The notes under the pieces: model-generated | Told to the model about the DNA's origin: nothing | The model's database searches: none | What the model saw: the letters and a program-made list of their open reading frames with translations, nothing else | Program-made: the position numbers and the translations under genes | Shown here: positions 28,924 through 40,177 of the stretch, in pieces | Layout of the letters: every line of letters begins with the position of its first letter | Numbering within the stretch: the stretch's first letter is position 1 | NCBI GenBank assembly: GCA_003194435.1 | Contig: PQXC01000005.1 | Location: 30,110 to 94,109 of the forward strand | Direction: 5' to 3' | Origin: Candidatus Methanophagaceae archaeon | GTDB lineage: Archaea > Halobacteriota > Syntropharchaeia > Alkanophagales > Methanospirareceae | DNA: 64,000 nt

Positions 28924-29451
28924 ATGGAGTGCACCCAGAAAATGCTCAAAGGAATAGAAGTTAAACCTCTAAGGAGATTTGCAGACGAGCGAGGATTCTT
29001 TACGGAGATAATGAGGAGGGACTGGGGAGATTTATTTGAAGATGATGAAGAGGAGATTGTGCAAGCGAATTTTTCAATAAGTTATCCGGGGGTGGTGAGG
29101 GCATGGCATCGCCACCTGAGGGGTCAAGTAGATTGTTTTGTAGTTTTAAAAGGGGCGATGAAGATATGTGCATACGATGATGAGACTAAGGAACTGGATG
29201 AGATTGTTTCGACTGGTGAGAATCCACAAGTTGTAAGGATTCCTGGTCATTACTGGCATGGATTCAAGGTAGTTGGAGAAGAGCGAGCATATCTGGTTTA
29301 TTTTGTAAATCGACTGTACGATTACGAGAATCCCGATGAGGAGAGGAGACCATGGGATGATAAAACAATTGTGCCAAAGATAATAAATGGAAAAAAGGAT
29401 GATATAAGATGCAATAAGCCCTGGGACTGGTTCTATATACCGTATAAGTAG
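28924..29451 (+). CDS. rmlC: dTDP-4-dehydrorhamnose 3,5-epimerase family
   Basis: DERGFF, VVRAWH and WHGF; lies in the rml context. Confidence 0.88.
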   Translation: MECTQKMLKGIEVKPLRRFADERGFFTEIMRRDWGDLFEDDEEEIVQANFSISYPGVVRAWHRHLRGQVDCFVVLKGAMKICAYDDETKELDEIVSTGENPQVVRIPGHYWHGFKVVGEERAYLVYFVNRLYDYENPDEERRPWDDKTIVPKIINGKKDDIRCNKPWDWFYIPYK

Positions 29452-29503
29452 CACAGTAACAGTAGCCATAGTAAAATTGTGTGTGAGAGGGTAAACAAAT
29501 GGA

Positions 29504-30625
29504 ATGAGGATACTATATCTCACAAAGAAATATCCTGATGCATCAGGTGGTGATGCTGTTGTTGTAGCCAACTTAGAAGAAGAACTAACAAAGAAGGGGC
29601 ATGAAGTTCTTATTCTCACATCGAATTGTCCAGAAATTAAAGAAAAAGAAAAAGTATTCAAGTTTGGATTGAAAGATAAAGCAACCAATTTAGACAGAAT
29701 AACGATTCGCAGGGTTATATCTTTAATTATCCTGTTCTTTTGGGGATTGAAATACTTAAGGCGATTGAAGCCGGAGGTGATACATTCACATTCTGCGGAT
29801 TTGGGATTCTTTATTTCTTTATCCGCCAGACTATACCGCATTCCAGTTGTAAATACATGTCATGGAGTTTCCTTTATAGATAAACAACACAGTTTCATAA
29901 AGAGATTTGCAGAGATTTTTTTCCTGAAGCATGCAGGATTCAAGAAGATTATAGTGGTTGACAAGAACAATTTGAGAGATTTTGAGGAAGCAAAGATTAA
30001 GAATGGGGTATATATTCCAAATGGTGTGGACATAGGGAGATTGAGATTTGATAAAGAGAAATCGGAGCGGCAAAAAAATCAAGATTTTAGATTTTTATTT
30101 GTAGGTAGATTAGAGGAGCAAAAAGGCGTCAAGTATCTTATTCATGCAGCGAGGATTTTGATAGAGCAGACGAAATTTTTTCGGGTTCTATTAGTCGGCG
30201 ATGGTTCTCAACGAGAGATGCTGGAGAATTTAACAAAAGAATATAAGTTAGGGAGCTATGTGACATTTCTGGGGCGAGTAGAGGATGAGAAGTTGATAGA
30301 ATTATACTGCACAAGTGATGCATTTGTATTGCCTTCACTCTGGGAAGGCTTGCCATTGACCCTGTTAGAGGCTTGGGCAGCGAGACTCCCGGTGATTGTT
30401 ACAGATGTCGGTGGTATTTCAGGTATTTGTGTGGACGGTGTGAACGCGTTGATCGTGAGGCCTAAGGATCCAGAGAACATAGCAGAAGCTATGTTGAGAC
30501 TGGTCGAAGATGAAGAACTAAGGCGTAAATTAGGTAAAAATGGTGAGGAACTCGTGATGAGTAATTTTTCTCTGGACAAAGTGGTTATGAGCACGTTGGA
30601 CCTATATAAAGAGATAGTGGCTTAG
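29504..30625 (+). CDS. GT4 glycosyltransferase
   Basis: FVGRLEEQKG and EGLPLTLLEA. Confidence 0.92.
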   Translation: MRILYLTKKYPDASGGDAVVVANLEEELTKKGHEVLILTSNCPEIKEKEKVFKFGLKDKATNLDRITIRRVISLIILFFWGLKYLRRLKPEVIHSHSADLGFFISLSARLYRIPVVNTCHGVSFIDKQHSFIKRFAEIFFLKHAGFKKIIVVDKNNLRDFEEAKIKNGVYIPNGVDIGRLRFDKEKSERQKNQDFRFLFVGRLEEQKGVKYLIHAARILIEQTKFFRVLLVGDGSQREMLENLTKEYKLGSYVTFLGRVEDEKLIELYCTSDAFVLPSLWEGLPLTLLEAWAARLPVIVTDVGGISGICVDGVNALIVRPKDPENIAEAMLRLVEDEELRRKLGKNGEELVMSNFSLDKVVMSTLDLYKEIVA

Positions 30626-30636
30626 TACTTCTACTT

Positions 30637-31587
30637 CTACCTGTACTTCCCGTACATTGTGAATTTTTTAAGCATTCTTTCTGGCAGATATTTAGAATGT
30701 AAACCAAGCCAAAACCCCGTAGCCTCGATGAAGTGTCTGATTATAGCTTTTGGTATCCATTTGATCATAGATGGGAGATTGTATCCTGTTTGTCTCATAA
30801 AACTCAAATCCAGCATGGTCACAGTCATTACAAAGAGGGGTATTAATGGCAAATATACGTTGTTATTATCCTTGAAGACCTGCTTATGCGCGGTGCCGGC
30901 ATCGAAATACCTCTTAAACAGTTGTTTTAAAGAATAGTTATGGGAATGATAAACCACCGATTCTGGTTCATATACAATCTTATATCCAGCTTCTAAGACT
31001 CTTTTCGACCAATCTTGATCTTCAGCCATTATCAGGTTTTCAGAAAAAGGGAACTTTTCCCACACATCCTTTCGTATGCAGGAACTGATATTGGAAAAGA
31101 ACACGATTTTTTTGTAATGCCTTTTATATTCCCCATAATCCGTTATTTCTTTTATTTCCCTCTCGGCACCCCATGCCTTTGCAATATATCTTGCTTCAAA
31201 AGGGTCGCAGTTAGATTTTGGGATGGTTCTACCGTAAACACCGGCAACCTTCTCATCTTCATCCGTTTCCATGTTTTTGAGAAGCGAATCCAGCCAATTC
31301 TCATTTGCAGGTATGGCATCCTGTGTAAGGTACACAAGATACCTGCCCTTTGCCAGACCTGCGCCAAGATTTCTTGTCTTCCCGTGCCCGAACTCCTCAG
31401 GCTCGATTTTTATCAGCCTCACAGGATATTTAGCAATAATTTTAAGTGTAGTGTCGGTAGAAGCGGAATCAATCACAATGACCTCATACCTGTACTTCGT
31501 TTTCTGCGTGAATATACGGGAGAGAGTTTTATCAAATTCATTGCCAGCGTTTTTTGTGGGGATAATAATAGAAACATCAATTTGCAT
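30637..31587 (-). CDS. GT2 glycosyltransferase (rhamnosyltransferase-like)
   Basis: SIIIPTKN, FGHGKTRN, LTQDA, AEDQDW and HSHNY. Confidence 0.88.
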   Translation of the reverse strand: MQIDVSIIIPTKNAGNEFDKTLSRIFTQKTKYRYEVIVIDSASTDTTLKIIAKYPVRLIKIEPEEFGHGKTRNLGAGLAKGRYLVYLTQDAIPANENWLDSLLKNMETDEDEKVAGVYGRTIPKSNCDPFEARYIAKAWGAEREIKEITDYGEYKRHYKKIVFFSNISSCIRKDVWEKFPFSENLIMAEDQDWSKRVLEAGYKIVYEPESVVYHSHNYSLKQLFKRYFDAGTAHKQVFKDNNNVYLPLIPLFVMTVTMLDLSFMRQTGYNLPSMIKWIPKAIIRHFIEATGFWLGLHSKYLPERMLKKFTMYGKYR

Positions 31588-31710
31588 TATGTTAAACTGT
31601 ATTTGTCTTTCAGATAATAAAATAATCAAAGATTTGTGGAACAGGAACGGAAACGGGAGCATAAACAAAAACCTTTAATCTTTATATTCATCTTTTCATA
31701 AGTAATTGAA

Positions 31711-32490
31711 ATGCGGGTATTGGCAATGTTCAGCTATCTAAAGCAAGTGGACCTCATAAGAACTCTTACAGCATCCGAGTTTAAGCTGAGATACAGAGGC
31801 TCTTTGTTAGGTGTGGGCTGGTCTTTAGTAAGTCCTTTTTTGCTTGCCATCGTTTTATATTTTGTATTCAGCAACGTATTTCGATTTGAGGTGGAGAACT
31901 TCGCTTTTTATTTGTTAATAGGCATTTTTGTATTCAGATTTCTATCAATAGGTACTTCAGTAGGCATGATGTCAATAATAAACAAAGCGCATGTAGTGAC
32001 AAAAACATCCATACCAAGAGAAATACCCACTATTACAACCACATTGTCTTATTTCTTCAGCTCGTTTATTGAGCTGCTCATTTTAATACCCATACTGGTT
32101 TTTTTTGGAGTGAAAATGGGCTTGCCGATATTATTGCTCCCGGTACTTCACATAGTATATTTTTTATTAGTTTATGGCTTGAACCTGTTTCTATCAGCTT
32201 TTACGGTTTATTACAGGGATTTAAACCAGATATGGGAAGTGGTAGTGAATATTTTATTCTTCGCGAGTCCACTCGTGTATCCAATAAGCATAATTCCTGC
32301 GGATATACTGCCGATTTACATGCTAAATCCGATTACGAGGTTGATAGAGATGTATAGAAGTGTAATGCTTTACAACACTTTTCCTGATGTGATTGACTTT
32401 GGCTATGTCTTTATCTTTTCATGTCTGGTTTTTATAGTGGGGCATTTGGTTTTCAGGCGATTGCAAAGGAGGTTTGCAGAAGTGATTTGA
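31711..32490 (+). CDS. wzm: ABC-2 polysaccharide exporter permease
   Basis: RYRGSLLGVGW, YRDL and NP motifs; about 6 TM helices. Confidence 0.9.
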   Translation: MRVLAMFSYLKQVDLIRTLTASEFKLRYRGSLLGVGWSLVSPFLLAIVLYFVFSNVFRFEVENFAFYLLIGIFVFRFLSIGTSVGMMSIINKAHVVTKTSIPREIPTITTTLSYFFSSFIELLILIPILVFFGVKMGLPILLLPVLHIVYFLLVYGLNLFLSAFTVYYRDLNQIWEVVVNILFFASPLVYPISIIPADILPIYMLNPITRLIEMYRSVMLYNTFPDVIDFGYVFIFSCLVFIVGHLVFRRLQRRFAEVI

Positions 32491-32491
32491 A

Positions 32492-33241
32492 ATGATAGTA
32501 GGGCGAAATATCTCAAAGAAATTCAGAATCCCGAGCGAAAGGAGGAACACGTTATTTGAGGAAGTAGTAGCATTTGTAAAGGGTAAAAGGAGGTACGAAG
32601 AATTCTGGGCGTTAAAGAACGTTTCTTTTGAGGTCGAAGCAGGCGAAATCTTTGGTATCACAGGTCCGAACGGCTCTGGAAAGACCACTTTGCTTGCAAT
32701 TATCGCTAATATAATCTATCCAGACGGAGGGGAGATAATAGTTAATGGCAGGATAACGCCAATTCTCGCGCTGGGTGTTGGATTCAATCCGGAATTAACG
32801 GCACGGGAGAATGTTTATCTGTATGGTGCACTGATGGGCATGAAAAGGAAAAAGATGAAAGAGAAATACGAAGAAGTATTTGAATTTGCAGAACTCAAAA
32901 GATTTGAGAATATGAAATTAAAGAACTTTTCATCCGGGATGTATGCACGATTGGCGTTTTCAACGGCGGTGGCGACGGAGCCGGACATTTTACTCGTGGA
33001 TGAGGTGATGGCAGTGGGGGATATGGAATTTCAGCGTAAGTGCATAGACGAGCTAAATAAGCTCAATGATAACGGAACAACGATAGTTTTTGTGTCACAT
33101 GATGTAGAAACGGTGAGGAGTTTGTGCGGAAGGGCGATGTTCCTGAATAAGGGGGAAGTGATAGCGATAGGGGATGCGGAGGAAGTTGTGGATGCATATC
33201 TGGATTTTGTAGGGGATTTATATAAACACGAGGTGAAATAA
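32492..33241 (+). CDS. wzt: Polysaccharide ABC exporter ATPase (no C-terminal carbohydrate-binding domain)
   Basis: GPNGSGKTT, FSSGMYARLAF, DEVMAVGD and VSHD. Confidence 0.92.
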   Translation: MIVGRNISKKFRIPSERRNTLFEEVVAFVKGKRRYEEFWALKNVSFEVEAGEIFGITGPNGSGKTTLLAIIANIIYPDGGEIIVNGRITPILALGVGFNPELTARENVYLYGALMGMKRKKMKEKYEEVFEFAELKRFENMKLKNFSSGMYARLAFSTAVATEPDILLVDEVMAVGDMEFQRKCIDELNKLNDNGTTIVFVSHDVETVRSLCGRAMFLNKGEVIAIGDAEEVVDAYLDFVGDLYKHEVK

Positions 33242-33355
33242 TATATATAAAATTGTGTAAAAACAAAAAACAAAAAACAAAATAGAAATGTGCGCACGAG
33301 GTGGAGCGAAATAGGAAGCGTGTAAAAGGAGAAGATAAAGGATAAATGTTAGAAA

Positions 33356-33595
33356 ATGGAGAGCAGGGGCAAAATGCTTGAGCTTGAGTGGACAGGTGAA
33401 AGGTATCTACCTTTTGCGGACCTGAAGATAAGCGGGGCGGAGATACATTATGAGCATCTGCATAGGTATTACTTTGCATTGCATTTTGTAAAGGATAAAA
33501 AAGTCCTTGATCTAGCTTGTGGGGAAGGTTACGGAAGCAAGCTATATCTTATCAAATATCTTTTCAGAAAGCTTCGAAAGAACAGTAGTAAGTGA
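33356..33595 (+). pseudogene. N-terminal fragment of a class I SAM methyltransferase
   Basis: WTGERYLP..EHLHRY..VLDLACGEGYGS, then a stop soon after motif I. Confidence 0.7.
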
Positions 33596-33622
33596 AAAAT
33601 TATCTAGGAGGATGAGGAAAAT

Positions 33623-34495
33623 ATGACTAACTTTTCTATTAATGAATATAAATCCATGTTCATGGAACCTCTAAGAATAGTTGAGCCAATATCCTGGATT
33701 AAGCACATTCCGTTTGCGTTTTTTATAATTGAACTTCTTAAGCCTAAAATAGTTGTGGAACTTGGCGTGCATACGGGTAATTCTTTTTCGGCATTCTGCC
33801 AAGCGGTAAAAAATCTCAACATAAAAGCATCCTGCTATGGTGTTGATACGTTCAAGGGCGACCCTCACGCAGGAGTTTATGATGAATCTGTGTACATTGA
33901 TATAAATAATTACATTACAGAGAATTATGGAGACTTTGCACAGCTTATGAGAATGACTTTTGATGAAGCTTTAGAGTACTTTAGTGACGGAAGCATTGAT
34001 TTGCTACATATTGATGGTTACCACACTTACGAAGCAGTAAAACACGACTTTGAAAGTTGGTTACCCAAAATGAGCGATAGAGGCGTTATTCTATTACACG
34101 ATACACAAGTAAGGAGAGATGAGTTTGGAGCTTGGAAACTGTGGGAGGAGATATCCCGGTTATATCCTTCTTATGAATTTAAATTTGGATATGGTCTTGG
34201 TGTTTTAGCTGTGGGTAAAAATGTTCCCGATGAAATAATAAAATTTATTGACGAAGCAAGAGAAATAATCTTTATTGAGCGCCTGTTTTTCACATTTGGA
34301 TCAAATATAGAATTTAGGACTCATATCCAGAGGCTTGAAGGAGAAGTAGCAGAAGTAAGGAAAACCGTCACGCAAAAAGACGAAAGGGTAAAGGATTTAG
34401 AAGGTGAAATAAATAAGATATTGCAGCTCAAATCAGTTAGACTGCATAGAAAGATAGAAGATATAAAAAAGAAGCTACGGATCAGACAAAAATGA
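33623..34495 (+). CDS. Methyltransf_24-type SAM methyltransferase with a C-terminal coiled coil
   Basis: VELGVHTGNS, IDLLHIDGYHTYE and LHD; heptad-rich tail. Confidence 0.82.
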   Translation: MTNFSINEYKSMFMEPLRIVEPISWIKHIPFAFFIIELLKPKIVVELGVHTGNSFSAFCQAVKNLNIKASCYGVDTFKGDPHAGVYDESVYIDINNYITENYGDFAQLMRMTFDEALEYFSDGSIDLLHIDGYHTYEAVKHDFESWLPKMSDRGVILLHDTQVRRDEFGAWKLWEEISRLYPSYEFKFGYGLGVLAVGKNVPDEIIKFIDEAREIIFIERLFFTFGSNIEFRTHIQRLEGEVAEVRKTVTQKDERVKDLEGEINKILQLKSVRLHRKIEDIKKKLRIRQK

Positions 34496-36303
34496 ATAAC
34501 GAGACGGAGATTAAAATCGATGTAATAATCGTAACGTATAATTCAAGAAAATGGATTTCTAACTGTTTAGAATCTATCTCTAAATCAAACTATCCGAAGG
34601 AAAGAATTTCTGTTGTAATAGTTGACAATTCTTCTTCAGATGGGACTTGTGAGATGCTCGATAATTATAATAGTCCTTTTGGCTCATTCAAGCTTATAAG
34701 AAACGAAAAAAATTTGGGTTTTGGAAAGGCAAATAATATAGGAGCCAAACATGCAATTTCTGAGTGTTTATTCTTCTTAAACCCCGATACCGAGATTCAT
34801 GAAGATGCAATAAGGGAACTAATGTTTTGTTTTGAAAATGATGGAGAAGATATTGCTTTATGGGAATTGCGCCAATTTCCTTATGAACATCCGAAATATT
34901 ACAATCCTGTCACTTTAGAGACTTCATGGTCAAGCGCGGCTGCATGCATGGTTAGAAAGTCAGCCTTTACTGAAATTGGAGGATTTGATGAAAATATTTT
35001 TATGTATTGTGAAGATGTAGATCTTAGCTGGAGATTGAGATTAAATGGCTATAAATTAAAATATGTTCCTAAAGCTATCGTTTATCATTACTGCTATGAA
35101 GGTGCTGATGTAACAAGACCCACCCGATTTTATAACAGCATCAAATACAACATTCTCCTTAGATACAAATTTGGTAATTTAAAAGATGTTTTGAGAGGGT
35201 ACCTACAATTAATTAAGCTTATTTCAGGGCATGAACAATTTCCTGGCTCACGTAAAGGACTTTTAAAAATATTTTTAGTGCATTTCTGTGAGGTTACACC
35301 CTTTTTATTCTGGAAAGTCAATAATAAGAAAAAGTTAAAGAGTTTAAATAGAAAATTTCTGGAGTGGGATTATGAAATAAGAAGGGACAGGGCTTTCTAC
35401 TTTAATAAATTGCCGAATTCTAAACCACTGGTGTCGGTTGTGATAAGAACCATAGGCAGACCCACTATTTTAAAAGAGGCGTTAATTAGTATACGAAATC
35501 AAACTTATCAAAATATAGAAGTAATAATTGTTGAAGACGGATCTGAAATTTCTAAATCCCTGATTTTTAAAGAATTCCAAGATTTGAATATTAAATATTT
35601 CAGTACTAAAGAAAGAATTGGTAGATGCAAGGCAGGAAATCTGGGATTAGAGAAAACTAACGGAAAATATATTGTTTTCTTAGATGACGATGATGTATTT
35701 TTCCCTGAGCATATCGAAGTGTTGGTAAGTAACCTTGAAAATAATGAAGACTTTTTAGCAGCTTACTCCGTCTCTTTTGAGACTCCTATCGAAGTTGAAA
35801 GTATAAATCCTTACATTTCTTATAAGAAGTTATTTCATAATGTGATTTATCGACAGCCATTCAATAGGCTGTTGTTGTTTCACCACAATTATATTCCAAT
35901 TCAAACCATGATGTTTAATAGAAGACTTTATGAAGAATTGGGTGGTTTTGATGAGAACTTAGATTTACTGGAGGATTGGGATCTCTGGGTAAGATATTCG
36001 CTTAAGACCGATTTTCTATTTGTGCCCAAGTTGACCTCGATATATAGAGTTCCCGCGGATAGCGAAGAAAGAAGAAAGAGGTATTTAAGATTAAATGACG
36101 CTTTACAATCTGTTAGAGAGAAACATAAAAAATTAATTTTTAGCTCAGAAGTAGGTAAAATAGTATCCGAACTTGAAATGATAATGAATAGCTACCCCAT
36201 ACGCATTTCGGAAGAGACGATTCAAAAGATCCCTTTTTCATCATTTTTTGTTAAAATTCTAAGATATTTTAAGACTAAAGTTTCAAAGAGATTTGAGGTG
36301 TAG
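34492..36303 (+). CDS. Double-domain GT2 glycosyltransferase
   Basis: Two GT2 modules: IIVTYN..LNPD..EDVD and VVIRT..LDDDD..EDWD. Confidence 0.88.
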   Translation: MNNETEIKIDVIIVTYNSRKWISNCLESISKSNYPKERISVVIVDNSSSDGTCEMLDNYNSPFGSFKLIRNEKNLGFGKANNIGAKHAISECLFFLNPDTEIHEDAIRELMFCFENDGEDIALWELRQFPYEHPKYYNPVTLETSWSSAAACMVRKSAFTEIGGFDENIFMYCEDVDLSWRLRLNGYKLKYVPKAIVYHYCYEGADVTRPTRFYNSIKYNILLRYKFGNLKDVLRGYLQLIKLISGHEQFPGSRKGLLKIFLVHFCEVTPFLFWKVNNKKKLKSLNRKFLEWDYEIRRDRAFYFNKLPNSKPLVSVVIRTIGRPTILKEALISIRNQTYQNIEVIIVEDGSEISKSLIFKEFQDLNIKYFSTKERIGRCKAGNLGLEKTNGKYIVFLDDDDVFFPEHIEVLVSNLENNEDFLAAYSVSFETPIEVESINPYISYKKLFHNVIYRQPFNRLLLFHHNYIPIQTMMFNRRLYEELGGFDENLDLLEDWDLWVRYSLKTDFLFVPKLTSIYRVPADSEERRKRYLRLNDALQSVREKHKKLIFSSEVGKIVSELEMIMNSYPIRISEETIQKIPFSSFFVKILRYFKTKVSKRFEV

Positions 36304-36307
36304 GTTT

Positions 36308-37282
36308 ATGCATGGAAAGGATATAAAAACAAAAATTTTAGAGAGCATCGTGAAGCACGTGCATTTTGACGAAGAGGAAATTGCTTCTTGGATAGCTAAA
36401 TTAATCCATAAATACAAATTTCATGAGGCTAATTATATCAAATATTTCACTTTTTGGGAGAAAAAAGGATTTCATATAACACCAAATCATTTTTACCAGC
36501 CGATCCCAGACACAAGAACTCTTAAAAACGATTTGTGGGAGAAAGAATCAGAACTCGTCGGTGTAGATATGAATACAGATTTGCAATTAGACCTTCTTCG
36601 AAATGTATTTCCAAGATATAGTGAAGAATACAACAACTTTCCACAAGAGAGGACCGATGTACCTTATGAATTCCACTTCAATAATGGTATGTTTGATGGA
36701 GTGGATGCGCTTGTATTGTATTGCATGGTACGTCACTTTAGACCAAAAATGATAATTGAGGTTGGTTCCGGCTACTCAACGTTTGTATCTGCCAAAGCCA
36801 GCTTACGAAATAGAAATACAAAACTCATGTGTATTGAACCGTATCCGAATGAGACTTTGAAACAAGGTTTTCCTGGCTTAACAGAGCTCATCACTAAAAA
36901 AGTTGAAGATATTAATTTGGATTTCTTCTCAAGGTTAGAAAGTGGTGATATTTTATTTATTGATACTTCCCATGTTATCAAGATAGGAGGAGATGTTAAT
37001 TTCCTTTATCTCGAAGTGATACCAAGATTGAAAAAAGGGGTTATTGTACATATCCACGATATTTTTTTTCCAAAGGAGTATCCAAAATCTTGGGTTTTAG
37101 ATGAATATCGCTTTTGGACTGAGCAATATCTTTTACAAGCCTTTTTAGCATTTAACACAGCCTTTGAAATTCTTTTTTGTAATAGCTACATGGGGTTAAA
37201 ATACCCTTCTGAAATGAAATCAACCTTTCCACATTCACCATGGTTGTATGGCGGTAGTATTTGGATTCGAAAAAATATGTAG
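36308..37282 (+). CDS. Methyltransf_24-type SAM methyltransferase
   Basis: IEVGSGYST, LFIDTSH and HIHDIF. Confidence 0.82.
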   Translation: MHGKDIKTKILESIVKHVHFDEEEIASWIAKLIHKYKFHEANYIKYFTFWEKKGFHITPNHFYQPIPDTRTLKNDLWEKESELVGVDMNTDLQLDLLRNVFPRYSEEYNNFPQERTDVPYEFHFNNGMFDGVDALVLYCMVRHFRPKMIIEVGSGYSTFVSAKASLRNRNTKLMCIEPYPNETLKQGFPGLTELITKKVEDINLDFFSRLESGDILFIDTSHVIKIGGDVNFLYLEVIPRLKKGVIVHIHDIFFPKEYPKSWVLDEYRFWTEQYLLQAFLAFNTAFEILFCNSYMGLKYPSEMKSTFPHSPWLYGGSIWIRKNM

Positions 37283-37308
37283 AAATCGCAATTTTGTAAA
37301 GTTTTCAA

Positions 37309-39465
37309 TTATGTATTACCTTCGACCAATAAAATTTGTTGGAAATGAATTGACAGGCATCTGGTATCTATACTGTTTATAACATCACAAGGTCTCTGGC
37401 ATCCATCTGGTGTGTAGAATCTTATTACATTTTCGCCTTTCTTCAGTTCAATCGGTATTCTAATTTCCATAGGGCTTCTTGTGACTATCTGCCTGTGGAT
37501 TAACCCTTTGTTTAAGTAAACCTGTAAAGTTCTTGACTTATAGAAGCTTGTAGCCTTAAAGGATAGAATTGACGAGTTTTCTTGTGGTGTGTAAATAAAT
37601 AAGGTCGCATTATTTGACATCCAAGTATTATATATCTCACCATTTTTGTACTCAAAACGATAAAATCCTGTATGAGGTAATACTTGAATATTAGTTGCAA
37701 CATTGGATCTATACAATTTCATTCCATCTGATGAAACTGCCACAATTTCATAAGTAAGCGGTTTGTTGCTGACGATATACTTGATATCTGCACTAAAATT
37801 TGTGCTGAGAGAACCATAGATAAAATTCATTGGCATTCCCCAAAACTTGATGAGGCAATGATCTCCGGTGTACGGGTTAATAAAACACTCTTTGTCCATA
37901 AATATCAATTCTCCCTCTGCGGCATTATTTATTAACCATTTTCCGATTTCGTTTACATTTTCTCTGTCATTGCTAACCATTTGCAACCAATTATACGAAG
38001 GAATGCTAATTATTATAGAAAAAACAATTAGAATTATAATTAAAAATACGATTAAAAAACTTGTTTTCTTAGAAATATTTAAAAATAGTAATAGGATTGT
38101 AGCAATGATAGCAATTAAAACGGGTAGGAAAACAGCGATATCTTGAAAAACAGCCTTACCTGGGTCAATGAGATAATGTGATTGCATAACGATGGCTCTC
38201 ATATAATAAATGGACATAATATTAGGTACTTTATATTCAGCATAATAAGGATAGGTAGTAACAAAAAATAGGAATACAAAAGCACTTATAACTAACAACT
38301 TTTTAAAAAGTTTTTTGCGTTCATAGTTTAAGTCAATAATATTATTGCATAAACGTTTATCTAATGCAATCAACCCAATTATAAATATGGTGGGTAAAAC
38401 AGGATCAATATATCTCCCCCAAATAAAGTAATACATATGCTGTGGATGGGAAGGATTTCCAGCAAAAGGCAACATATGTGAAACAGTTATAAGTATGGAT
38501 AGAAGTCCATAAATGGAACTGTATAGCATGTACATTTTTATGGACGATTTTAATTTTCTCCAGTGTAATATTGCAAATACAAAAAATATAAAAAATATAA
38601 AATATGAAGCAAGTATCAAATAATCTATTTCATGAGCTATTAATTTTAAAAATAGAATAAAATTTTTGATATTATCAAAGGAAGATAACAAATTCTGAAG
38701 ATAGAAGTTGGTATTGTATTTATACATGCTCGAATTATATACATTTTTTGAGCCTAACCATAAGCCCAATAATATCGCAGGTGTAATTATCAAAAAAGCT
38801 TTCTGTCTTAGAAAGCCAATTCTGTCGCCGTTTCTCTCAGTTAAAATTTTGTAAAGTGCTACTCCAAAAAATGACAAAAAAGCAGCAATTCCGAAAGCTC
38901 TAATTAGAATTAAGTAGAACAATACGAAACCCGTAAGAATGTGCAGGAACTTATTGTCTTTCTCAAATGATTTTAAAATTAAAAAGCCTGAAAGTAAATA
39001 AAGAGGTATATATGTATTTTCACTCAGTATCATAAAACTATACAACGTATTTGCTGGTAGTAGTGCTATAAGGACAGCCCCTAAAATTGCTAAATCTCGC
39101 TTGATGTAGTCTTTTAGGATAAAATACGCTATAAAAAGAACTGAAGTAGAGAGCAAAGCGTTAATTAGCAATATACTCCTATACACTAATTCCATGTTAG
39201 GATAGAAAATGAAGGCAGGGGTGAGTATTAGTGGATATCCAGGTGGATATACTTGGTACTTGTCCGGCACTAATAAACACAGAGGATTTGACAAAATATC
39301 TTTTGCATAAGAGGCATATAACCATTCATCTCCAAAAACAAAAGGTGTGGGAAACCGCAAAGATAAAAATATTTTAATTAAAACAATTATTAGAAAGGCT
39401 GATAGCAAGAATAGATTATTCTTCTCGGTTATATAATTCCTAAATCTGAACAACGTAGACCACAT
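37309..39465 (-). CDS. Multi-TM GT-C-like membrane protein
   Basis: DE motif in the first loop, YPPGYP, about 12 TM helices and a soluble C-terminal domain. Confidence 0.6.
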   Translation of the reverse strand: MWSTLFRFRNYITEKNNLFLLSAFLIIVLIKIFLSLRFPTPFVFGDEWLYASYAKDILSNPLCLLVPDKYQVYPPGYPLILTPAFIFYPNMELVYRSILLINALLSTSVLFIAYFILKDYIKRDLAILGAVLIALLPANTLYSFMILSENTYIPLYLLSGFLILKSFEKDNKFLHILTGFVLFYLILIRAFGIAAFLSFFGVALYKILTERNGDRIGFLRQKAFLIITPAILLGLWLGSKNVYNSSMYKYNTNFYLQNLLSSFDNIKNFILFLKLIAHEIDYLILASYFIFFIFFVFAILHWRKLKSSIKMYMLYSSIYGLLSILITVSHMLPFAGNPSHPQHMYYFIWGRYIDPVLPTIFIIGLIALDKRLCNNIIDLNYERKKLFKKLLVISAFVFLFFVTTYPYYAEYKVPNIMSIYYMRAIVMQSHYLIDPGKAVFQDIAVFLPVLIAIIATILLLFLNISKKTSFLIVFLIIILIVFSIIISIPSYNWLQMVSNDRENVNEIGKWLINNAAEGELIFMDKECFINPYTGDHCLIKFWGMPMNFIYGSLSTNFSADIKYIVSNKPLTYEIVAVSSDGMKLYRSNVATNIQVLPHTGFYRFEYKNGEIYNTWMSNNATLFIYTPQENSSILSFKATSFYKSRTLQVYLNKGLIHRQIVTRSPMEIRIPIELKKGENVIRFYTPDGCQRPCDVINSIDTRCLSIHFQQILLVEGNT

Positions 39466-39552
39466 GTCTTTTTTTATTAATCGAATGCTGGTTTGAATAA
39501 CGCTGCTAGTTCAGGGATTGAGTTCATGTTTATCATCAATGTTTAAACACCC

Positions 39553-40177
39553 TTATATAACTTTCGCATCATTTTGAATTTCGCACAATGCCACTAACCA
39601 TAGCGCTGATGCTTTTAATTTGATTTTACAAAGATTTTGTCTCTCTAAAAACGCTCTAAAACTGTTTTTTGTCCAATGATTTAAATGACCGGGAGTGTTA
39701 CCAATATCTTTCAAATATTTTAATCTCAGAATATTGACAAATCTAAAAAAAGGTTCATTTGGAACGCTGAAAAACAGGTATTTGTTTGAGACTTTCTTCA
39801 TCTCCTCTATTGCTTTTTCTGGGTTATGTAAGTGCTCTAAAATCTCGATAGCAAAAACAAGATCATAAAATTTATTATAGCAACTTAATTTGTATATTGA
39901 TTTCACGGAGAATTTTATAGAGGGATGTAAAACTCGTGCAATCTCAATAATTTTCTCACTGACATCAGCCCCTTCAACATTAATTCCGAGGTCGTTTATA
40001 TGCTGTGTAACGTATCCTTCTCCACAGCCGATTTCTAAAGCGCTATTAATTTCATCTTTAATTGGATTTATATCAAAGCATCAAAATCTTTAAAGTATAA
40101 TTTCATTAGAGCCTTTACAAACGGATTTTTATTTTCATACTTATTGTAAATGTTGCCCCTTCATAATTTGCCTTCAT
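39553..40177 (-). pseudogene. SAM methyltransferase with two frameshifts
   Basis: Pieces MKANYE / GNIYNKYENKNPFV / LEIGCGEG..EILEHL..PGHLNHW lie in different frames. Confidence 0.72.
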